Positions 29,701 to 41,400 of a stretch of DNA of 64,000 bases are shown piece after piece. Each line of letters begins with the position of its first letter. Within the stretch, counting starts at the first letter, position 1. The translations under genes and the position numbers were made by a program. Source of the DNA: Octopus vulgaris (taxonomy: Eukaryota); contig OX597814.1 in assembly GCA_951406725.2 (NCBI GenBank), positions 158,844,001-158,908,000 of the forward strand, in the 5' to 3' direction. A model generated the notes under the pieces. It did not search any database. It was not told the origin of the DNA and worked only from the letters and a program-made list of their open reading frames with translations.

Positions 29701-32700
29701 CTGCTAAACATCAGTATATCAACCTCCTTATTCTAATGTCCACCTCAAAAAATATAAATGAGTAACATCCAACAACGAAAAATAATATAATTCCACTACC
29801 ACTGCTTTAATTATGAATAATTTATCACGAAAGCTCTTATGATCCTTTTTCATATTAGGAATAACTGTTTGAACTACTAAATCTCTAGTATACTGAAAAT
29901 TGCATCATATGGATTAGGTTTTCATTTCAAAATAAGTCTTTTAGCATATGGGTGGTTAGTGCATTAAAATATAAGGAGTAGCACACTTATTCACTAACAT
30001 ATTAAACAATATTCAGGAAAATTCCATCAAGCTGATAGTTTTTTCTTTTTCTTTTTCTTTTTTATCATCATTACATTAGCTTACATCACAATCAATGCAT
30101 CAGCAACACCAACATCATGTATTAGTTATAGCATGTAGTACTTTTTGAACCTCACACAAAACACTTTTTCTAGAATTACATCCCTACCCACATTTATTTC
30201 ATTATATATTATCACAGTTAAAACTAAACACCAATTACATAACATTCTGAATGATTTTGAAATAGAGATGAATATATTTTTTTAAATAAACATTAATTGT
30301 TCCTATATTGCACAAACAAATCTCCCATTTTGTTTTTACATTTATAAACAATGCTTTTCTGGTTTTGGATTAACAAAAGATATATGCCACCCCCAACAAA
30401 AAAATGGAATCATAACTAAAAGCATCTGCATAAATTATTTTCAATTCTCTACTCATAGGAGAAAGTGTATAATACTCCCTAATCAATAAATAATTCTAAA
30501 ATTTTAAAGATTCTAATTTATAACTTACGGATCACATTTAAATATGCTTCAGTGTAAGCTTCTCCAAATTCATTTTTAGCCCAGCATATATATCGTCCTT
30601 TGTCTTCAAGCTTTACAACAGGTATTATCAAAGAATAAATATTATCATTTATATTTTGTAACTGGATTCGCTCATCTGCTTCAATGACTTTTCCTTCTTT
30701 CATCCTGAAAAGTAAAAAAACCCAATTATTTAGATGGAAGACAAATATTTATGCATTTAAATAAATGAGTATAGTTATAAATAATATTAAACATTTAGCT
30801 TAACTTATGAAAAATACTTCTAGATTATAGTTTAAACAGAAAAAAATAAATTTTTTGTTATAGTTGCATACACTTTTTTGGTGACATTGTATTTACTGTC
30901 TTGTCATTACCATCATCATTGTAATTATCATCAATTTCATCATTGTTTCAATGTTTAATTTTTCTGATTGCCACAATCTGAATATCTATATCACTTCTTT
31001 GTGTCTTTTGACCTCAAATCTAAGACCTGACCTTAATACTTGATCCTGTTTCCTTCTTTCCCATAAGCACCTTCAACTGTCAGTATACAGCACTTTTCTA
31101 TTCAATATCCATCAGTCACTTGCATCACATAACAGTATAAGTGCAGTCAGTTCTCCTGCATTTATCAGCTGATATTTTTGATACTAAATTACTCCTTAGC
31201 ATAAATGGGCACTGACCACCATGTACATTACCATTAAGATAACCATGAAATATTCACTGAATTTACCTCATTTCTGCCCAGTTTTCACTGTATTCCACAT
31301 TCAATACCCAACTTTCAATACCATACAGTGTAACACTTTTTGCACATTTCTATGAATGGCACTTTAATTATTATCCATCCCTTTAATCTAGTTATAATAT
31401 TATCACTACTAATAGTTTAAACATTAATTAGAACAGGTAAGTAACATAAATATCAATTACTTCTAGTGAGCTAGCTGAGCAATTCACAGGTATAACTAAA
31501 AGAGTCTATGTCACACATTAATGTTATAATGATAGGTAAGGGAAAATATTAATACAAACCATGTAACTATTGGATCTGGTGTAGCCACAACACGGCATTC
31601 AAACTTGGCTACTTTACCCTCTTCAACCAAACAATCATCCATCTTCAGAATATACTGAGGTTGTTCTCCTTGTACTATAATGCCTTCATCTTCAGATGGT
31701 ACTGCTACTTCTGGTACTTTTTCCTCTGGTTTCTTAATCTCAGCAGCAACTTCTGGTACTGCTACTTCTGGTTTCTTAATCTCAGCAGCGACCTCTGGTA
31801 CTGCTACTTCTGGCTTCTTAATCTCAGCAGCGACCTCTGGTACTGCTACTTCTGGTTTCTTAATCTCAGCAGCAACTTCTGGTACTGCTACTTCTGGTTT
31901 CTTAATCTCAGCAGCGACCTCTGGTACTGCTACTTCTGGTTTCTTAATCTCAACAGCGACTTCTGGTACTGCTACTTCTGGTTTTTTGATCACAGCAGCG
32001 ACCTCTGGTACAGCTACTTCTGGCTTTTTAATCTCAGCAGCGACCTCTGGTACTGCTACTTCTGGCTTTTTGATCACAGCAGCGACCTCTGGTACAGCTA
32101 CTTCTGGCTTTTTAATCTCAGCAGCGACCTCTGGTACTGCCACTTCTGGCTTTTTAATCTCAACAGCGACCTCTGGTACTGCAACTTCTGGCTTTTTAAT
32201 CACAGCAGCGACCTCTGCTACTGCTACTTCTGGTTTCTTTATCTCAGCAGCGACCTCTGGTACTGCTACTTCTGGCTTTTTAATCTCAGCAGCGACCTCT
32301 GGTACTGCAACTTCTGGCTTCTTTATCTCAGCAGCGACCTCTGGTACTGCTACCTCTGGCTTTTTAATCTCAGCAGCGACCTCTGGTACTGCAACTTCTG
32401 GTTTCTTAATCTCAGCAGTAACCTCTGGTACTGCTACTTCTGGCTTTTTAATCTCAACAGCAACCTCTGGTACTGCAACTTCTGGTATTTTACTATCAGT
32501 AGTATCTTCTGGCTTAGGTGATACTTTCTCTTCTGGGATTCCTAAGAAAAGTGATATTTTATATTTAATTTTTAATTATATAAAAAAATTGAAATAAGAA
32601 GAACATACAATTTATTATTTTTTAAATCATTATTTACACCATCTACAGCAAGATCTGAAATGAATATTTGCATATTTATTCTTAACACATATAGGCAGAT

Positions 32701-33077
32701 TTAGACACAAAATATGTTGGGCACCATAGTATATGTCTGTATGTCATTGGAGAATAACTTCTCACTTCTGTGAGAACTATGTATTCAATACACTTGTCTC
32801 AATAGAATTCTGGTACAGTCTATACAATTTATTTTGCTGTGCTTCAAGCATTTGTTTAGTAATTTATAACTAAATAGTAATGAAGTTACTACATGTTTTA
32901 CTATATATAGTTGAGTAGCAATCTTAATATAATCAAACTTAATCAAGCAAAGTCTTTTTTGCTATTAAATGTAGTAAGGAATGAGTTCCCCAAAATGTTA
33001 GTGCAGACAACAAATGCTGTCTACAACATTAAAGTAAGTTATTTCTATCTTAACCCTATTTGTCAACTCCTTTTCAA

Positions 33078-33124
<47 letters not shown>

Positions 33125-36100
33125 TAATAATAATAATAACAATAATAATATCATATTAAATGTTCTTACTTTCTAAGATAGTAACTTCAGCAGTGCATTC
33201 AATAGAGCCATGTGCATTTGTTGCTTTTACTGTGTACATTCCAGCAACTAATTTTGATGTATCTTTGATTGAGAGTGTGTGAATTTCACCATTGTCAATA
33301 AGTTTAACATTATCTGACTCTTTGATGATGTTATCTTCTTTAAACCATGTTACAGTTGGAGCAGGCATGCCAGTGACAACACAATCCAAAGTAACTGGAG
33401 ATCCTTCTGTAAACGACAAAATTCCATCCATGTAAAAAATTCCATGAAATTATTGAAATTAATATAGTAATACATACAAGTAAATTTTATAAAATTTCAT
33501 TCATGATAACTTAAGTCATAGCTTACTGAGTTCTTCAGAAGTAAGCAAATTTTGGAAGTTAAAAATAATCAATACAAATTTTATAATGCTTAAATGAAAT
33601 CATGGGAAAATTAATAAGTGGGTAATAAAACATATATCTGTTTCATGTTTTTCAAAAGTGCTAGTATGTATAAGTAATTGTATAAAAAAATGAAAGTGAT
33701 TGGAATAAATTCCATATGCAAGTAATGTTTCATACCAATATAAAATACTTCAAATTTCAGTTAGAGGCCATATATATTATAAAATGCTTCACAACAGGGA
33801 TTCCAGATACCATAAAAGTAGCTCTTAGAATCCATTTTTCAAAACTAACATGGCTATTTTCATGTTTTTTCAGAAACTTTCTGATGTATTTTATAACAAG
33901 TAGACTCTGAGCCTTATATAAATTAGATCATACATTACACTTCTTAGGTACGGAACACATTGTAATGTTTCCAAAAATCGAAATATATCCCAGCTGTGTG
34001 TGTGTGAGAGAGAGAGAGAGGGGGGGCTGAAGAGTGTGGGATGTGTTTGAAAGTCACTGATGGTGATGACTTCAGAGAGGTGAAGTGAGTTAGATGTCTT
34101 AACCCTTTGGCATTTAAACCAACCATATTCAGCCAAAATATTCTGCCTGATTTATGTTCAAACCAACCAGATTTGGCCTCCACATAAACCCTACAGTGTC
34201 ATTCTAAAAGTAAATAAGCACATCATTGAAATCTTAAAGCTATAAGATAATGTAAGGGTTAAATGCAAGAAGAAATATGGTCTAAGTGTTTCTGATAGTG
34301 GTTGAATGATTTCGAAGAGTTGTAGAAGAAGCAGATCTATTTGGAGGAATGAGTGAGAGAGTCTTGGAGTTTAAGTAATTAGACACCTTCTTGTTGATAT
34401 TCAGGAGGGAGATAATGATGGTGCTAAACCGCACTGAAAATAATTAATAATTTGGTTATTCTTAATAAAAATTAATATAGCTTAGCCTTATTTTTGTAAC
34501 TGTTATTTAGGTTCTGGATTAGAGAAGATAGTCTTTAAGATAAATATTTAAAACAAGAGTTAAAACATTTAAACTTTACCTTCAGCAACTGTTTTGCATA
34601 TCTTCTTTTTAAAAGCTGGTTTTGCAGTTCCATCATCAAATTCAGTAGCTGTATGATAACTTAAAGTATCACTTTCATATGAATCCAATGAATAATAATC
34701 TGTAAACAAAAGCAAAACAAAATAAATATTGATTTCATTAAATAATTTAAATTTAAATTAATTTTTTAAATGCTTATATTTTAAAGAAACTATTTTCTGT
34801 AACAAGAAAAATAATGTAAGAAGTAAGAGTAACAGAGAGTCCTCTATAATTCAATAATAAAAAATAACTTTGCACTGTAAATGTGATAGAGCATCATTAT
34901 TGTGGTCATTGCTGTCATCACCATTGTGGTCTTTATGCCATCCTTCTTATCATCATCCTCACCACTATCAACTTCAATACCATTACTACTATCAAAAGCA
35001 CTTAGATTCATTATCAAAACTACTTTCATAAAACTGAAACAAATAAATACACTTTGTGAAACAAATAAATTTCCAGTTAATAATCAAATGGGCAAGGAAG
35101 AGCACATATTGTTATGATAAAAAGTAGATCCCCATAACAAAATGAATTTTCAAGTTTTAAATGAAAAACAGTAAGATTTTTTTCCAGCAAAGAAATTTCT
35201 GATTTGTTTCACATTCATAATATACAAGCACAAGGCTGTTAGTTGCATTGTCATTTAAATTATTAAAATAAGTGCTTATTATAAGCATATTTAAAAAAAA
35301 AAATTTAAATCAATTAAGTTAATACCTGTAGCATCAGTTTTCCTGTCAGAATCAGATTCAGGTTGAGCTTCAGTTGGTTTTGGAAGTTCTGGGGATGGTT
35401 GCTTTTTCTTCGCAGCTTCTTCAAGAGCTTCAGCAAGTTTCTTCTTGTGTCTCAAGATTTCTTCTTGTTGTTCAAGAGTAATATCAGTTTCCTCAATGCC
35501 TACAATTATTGAATATATTTCAATTAAACAATAATTGTTAATCAATTCATATTTATAGAACTAAAACAATAAATTAATTCAAATATGATATTTATCACAT
35601 TTTCCCTAAGTGATTATTTTCTACACATTGATTTAACAGTAAAATAATTTAGTGGAGGTGGCAAGGTAAGAGAAAGTTCAGAAGTTACAGTATTGGGAAA
35701 GATGTAAGCTATGGATACATAGGAGGTGCAGCAATATCAAGGGTAGGTGAAGAAGGAAAATAGTTTTTGTGTGTGGAAAGTGCACAGGTACACTTAACAC
35801 TAAAAATGTACAAAAAATAGACTCCAGCAAATACCAGGAGAAAAAACTAGAAGTAGCTGATAGCTTCTATTACCTAGGTGATCAAGTTAGTAGTGGAGGT
35901 GGATGCTCCAAGAGTGTATAGCTGCTAGAGTAAGAACAGGCTGAGCAAAGTTCAGAGAGCTCCTACCTCTGTTGGTAACACAGGGCCTCTCTTTCAGAAT
36001 GAAAAGCAAATCATATGATGCTTGTGTGTGGACAGCCATGCTACACAGCAGTGAAATATGGGCTGTGACCACTGAAGACTTGTGTAGGCTTGAAAGAAAT

Positions 36101-37270
36101 GAAGCTAGTATGCTTTGCTGGATGTGTAATGTCAGTACAACAAAGTGTAAGCATCTTGAGAGAAAAGTTGGGCATAAGAGGCATCAGATGTGATGTGCAA
36201 GAGAGACAAATGCACTGGTATGGTCATGTGATGCATATGGACCAAGACAGCTGTGTAAAGAAGTGCTGGTCTCTACCTGTGGAGGGAACCTGTGGAAGAG
36301 GTAGACCCAGGAAGACATGAGATGAAGTGATGAATCATGATATTCAAACGTTGAACCTCTTGGAGGCAATGGCAAGTAACCAAGACCTTTGGTGATATGC
36401 CATTCTTGAGAAGACCTGTCAAGCCAAGTGAAATCACAATCATGGCTGGTGCTAGTGTCATGTAACAGGCACTTGTACCAGTGACATGTAAAAAGCACCC
36501 TTCGAACATTGGACAATATGCTGTGCTTGAGAAGACCTGTCAAACCAAGTGAAATGATAGTTGCGGCTAATGCCAGGGTGACATATCTGGCACCTGCGCA
36601 AGCGGCACATGGAAAACACATTTTGAACTTTGGGCCTCATAGAAGTAGTGACAAGTGACCAAGACCTTTGGCAATATACTGTAATTGAGAAGACCTGTCG
36701 AGCCAAATGAGATCATAGTTGTAGCCGATACTGGTGTTTTGTAACTGGTACCCATGCCAGTGGCATGTAAAAAGCACCCACTATATTCTTGGAATGGTTA
36801 GTGTTAGGAAGGGTGTCCAGATGTAGAAACTATGCCAGATCACACTAAAACCTGGTGCAGTTCCCCAGCTTACCAGTTTTCAGTCAAATTATCCAACCCA
36901 TACCAGCTTTGAAAATGGACGTTAAATGATGATGATGAGAGTACTAGATATAAAAACAGAAAATGTCAGGAATATGAGTGCTTAGAACATGTCACTAAAA
37001 TATACAGATATTTATAAATAAGTAACTTTTAAAAAACCTTATATGACAATGATTTTGTATGCATATTTCATTTACCTATGACTTCTATATAGTAATATGG
37101 CTACAATTATTAGTTTCTGCACAAAAATGTTTATTACTTTCACTATATATGTGAGCTAATAATTAAAATAGTTCACTCATTTGTACATAATCAGCTGTTT
37201 TCTTTCCTGAATGTATTTGATGTTAGTGTTCTCTCAGGCTTTATATATATATATATCTATATATATATAT

Positions 37271-37306
<36 letters not shown>

Positions 37307-37315
37307 TTATGCATG

Positions 37316-37362
<47 letters not shown>

Positions 37363-37376
37363 TATATTTATGTATG

Positions 37377-37425
<49 letters not shown>

Positions 37426-37430
37426 GTATG

Positions 37431-37469
<39 letters not shown>

Positions 37470-38282
37470 TCATCATCGTCGTTTAGCGTCCACTTTCCAT
37501 GCTGGCATGGGTTAGATGGTGCAACTGGGGTCTGGGAAGCCAGAAGGCTGCACCAGGCCCAGTCTGATCTGGCAATGTTTCTACGGCTGGATGCCCTTCC
37601 TAACGCCAACCACTCCATGAGTGTAGTGGGTGCTTTTTATGTGCCAGACGAGGCTGGCAAGCAGCCACGATCGGATGGTGCTTTTTACATGCCACCGGCA
37701 TGGAATACATACATACATACACATATATATATATATACTTTATTTAAAAGCAGCAGAAATTCAACAAAACCTGTTACTCGGAGTTTCACGTTCCCGTTCG
37801 TCGGACAGTTTTTGTTAAAAAAAGAAAATATATATATATGTGTGTATATCATTTGTAAGATGTGGAAAATATACCGCCAACTATGCCCAAACGACCTAAA
37901 CATTAGCTTCAAGGTTCATCCAAGACTTGGACCATGGGCTATACGTCCCCTGCCCAATTCAAGATCACAACATACATGTACACTGCAACATAATTTCTTT
38001 TCCTCAACAGGCCCTGCCCTATTTAACATTGTCCCGAAAGAGATCAAAGAGGAAAAGGATCCCATCAACTTTAAACAGAGTCTGGATAGATTCCTTCAAA
38101 GAATACCAGATAAGCCACCCATAATTGGATACAACTCACCCAACAAGAACTCACTACTTGAACAAAACTTGACTTAAACAAAACTTGACTTAAACAGGAT
38201 TCGAATAATCCTATCAGGTGGTGCTATTAAGTTAGACATGGCCTGGACCAATCTTTGGTCGAAACATATCTAAGTTTATATA

Positions 38283-38347
<65 letters not shown>

Positions 38348-38348
38348 G

Positions 38349-38385
<37 letters not shown>

Positions 38386-38394
38386 GTATATATG

Positions 38395-38425
<31 letters not shown>

Positions 38426-41400
38426 AAATATATATCAGCAAGAAAGACTAAATCAAATTGTAATAAAATAAAATAAGTTATAGTATACCCATTTGTTTCA
38501 GAGCAGCTCTTATGTCTTTGATCCATCCTTGTTTTGCATAATTATTTTTAGCTTGAACAGTTAATTTCTCAGATGTTGCTTCAGCAAACCATAGTTCAAA
38601 ACGTCTTTCATCTTCTAAAAGCTCACTGATTTGTATATTTTGGAGCTGAAAAGTAAATTAAAATGTTATTAAAATTATGGATACATTTTATTAAATCAGC
38701 ACTCTATTATTTTGGAGAAATAGCTATAATTTCAGCATCTAGTAATATTGTAAAATGTTTTCATTTTGTCTACCATTATAAAGAAATATAAACTGTTGCT
38801 GGTTTGCTATTGTCTAATATAAGCAGTAGTTGGAAAAGGAGTATTTGTATTAGCTAAGATTGAGAAATAATAAAAGCAAGAGAACGCTCAGCTACAACTT
38901 ACAAAAAATATACTTGAACAGTCGTTTTAGAAATATATATGTGCACACATACATATGTACAGACAAACCAATAGATAGGTAAATAGACAACTGTTATGTA
39001 GCTGTACATACATCAGTGTGTATGTGCATGTGTGCATGTATGAGTATTCATGCGATATTTAATATACAATAATCTAATTTTTCTGAGTAATAAAAATTTA
39101 TTTTAAAAATTTTGTACCTTTCGTACATATGTTACATTGGATAAAAGTAGAAACGAGTCATTTCAGTGAATTTTAGGTAATTCTATTCAGTGAATAGAAT
39201 ACTTTTTTTAGTTTTGCAGTCTAAATAATATTTAGATAAATAAACATGTTGAAAATAAATCTGAAACAAGCATAAATGAAAATAAATTGAAAATGAGCTG
39301 AAATGTGCTCATATAACTAAGTTTATATATTATTTCGAATACATTATTTAATTCTTCTTTATGTATAAAAATACAATCATATACATTTATATAATCATAG
39401 TTTGTGCATATGTTGAAATATATTATGCACAGTTCTAAAAATACTTAAATATTACATTTTTTTAACAAGTTATTAATGCCATGCTATAAAATCTATTTTC
39501 TAAGACAAATATAGAAAAAAAATAGTTCTTACAAAACTTCATAAACAAAATGAAAGTACCAGTTAATTCAGTCAAATAGTTCATTTATAACTGTATGACG
39601 TCCACAACCAGTTTGTTTCAGTAGATACAAATGATCAAAAATCCAGAGCCAAACATCTATTTTAAGAATTTCTGTAACTTAAATATACCCACCCACCTAA
39701 TGTTACATAGAAGGGGTTTAACTATCTCATCTCTTTTCATTCAGATTAGTATATCAAAGGAAGTAGCAAAACCAGACATCACCACTAAAGAAGCACAACA
39801 TCACTGATATATAGTTATATCTATAAAAATGCAACAACAATTTTTAAAATCTTTCAGTATGTCTTAAATTTTCTAGAAGTAATATAAATATTTTACACGT
39901 TGTTCAATGTTTGTAGTTTAGCTTTTACTCATAAAAATCTATTGCTTCATTAAATTAATTTTAGCATTTTCCAATGACTATATTAATTTAAAATTATAAC
40001 TACATTGATCATCTATTTATTTATCATTATAATTATTTATTTACTTTCACAAATTATACCACTATTAACACAGACACTTTTATCACTATCACCAACAATA
40101 CAACTAACAATGCAATATTCACTTCCAAATTCCTACTTATAATATTCATCATTATTACTACTTCATGTAACATGAATATCAAATTATTCAAATTATCTCA
40201 TGCTAGAAAAGAGACTTCATTCTTAATAAAATTATCTTTAAAGCTGACATAGTTAGCTCTAAAATCTAACTGATAAAAGAAAATTTGATAACAGAACTAC
40301 ATTTAGTGCTTTGGAATTTAGTTAGATACTGTATTAGCTGCTAGATATCTTAATAATTAATGGCTGATGGAATTTGGTACTGGCATGTGCTGTCTCTGGA
40401 CAACAACTTAGCTCTGCTTTGGAATCAAACTGATACATAGCATTTTGTATTACCTTTTACTAGATAAATGGATAAAAATAGAATGGTAAATGGAGATCAA
40501 ATTTATTCTTAGTTTCTAAAACTTTAAAATTAGTAATAAAATTACATTTGTATTTGAAAAGTTATAAATACATAAAAAAAACAGTATATGATACAAAATC
40601 TGTGATATTAAAAAGCTAAACTTCTGGATATACAGTTTTGTAAATGTTTGGCATATATACATATATTAATATACATTGTATGCTGAGAATGAAGGTTTAT
40701 CATTGTCAACAAAGACATTCCCTAAAGTTTCTATTTTCATTGTAACCAATACATTAGGATTTCTTGCATGAGCTATTATAATAGAACATATAATACATTA
40801 ATACAACACCATAGTAGTCCTCCAACCTTAGGTCCATTTGATAATTCTATTTCTCAGACCTTATCTTATAATTATGATGGAATAGAAAGATGCATCTTTA
40901 ATCTAATAAAAAATGTGTTGGCACCAGATTAAACGGGTTTGTATATTTTTTATGCAATTTCATATTGAAAATTTATAAAAGCAGACTTCGTATAAGTAGA
41001 AATTAATTACAAGCAAAAATACAATAAACAAATATATAAAATAGTGAATAAAAATACTTACATCTATCAATGACTTAAAAGCAAATGTTGGGGCATCTGT
41101 TAAAGATTCTGGCTTTTTCTTTTTTGTTATCAATATTTTATCAGGAAACAAAAACATATGTCTGTCTTTTCCTTTGGTTTTAGAAACTTCTTTGTCCCAT
41201 ATTTGAACATCATCCTGAATTCATAATGATATTTTTTTCATAAGCATCTCACAGATGGAAAAAATAGGAATAGTAAAATCAGGGAAAAAGTAGCAATAAT
41301 AAGATAGCAAATATAGTTTCCTTTAGAACTTCATATCATTCAATTCTCTCATTCATTACCAAAATTTATATCATCATTCAACATCCACTTTACATGCTGG

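Noticed and set aside
31728-32485. Regular repeat array as a possible CRISPR
   Set aside because: The units are contiguous with no unique spacers, the array is protein-coding, the context is eukaryotic and there are no cas genes.
31661-32597. Long plus-strand ORFs (286 aa W/Y/C/F-rich; 305 aa SGTATSG repeats)
   Set aside because: They are antisense shadows of the 42-bp coding repeat. The minus frame has splice sites and runs into an Ig domain.
37317-38177. 286-aa plus-strand ORF
   Set aside because: Chance read-through across a microsatellite, an inverted SINE, the ribozyme insert and a CR1-like fragment; not a gene.
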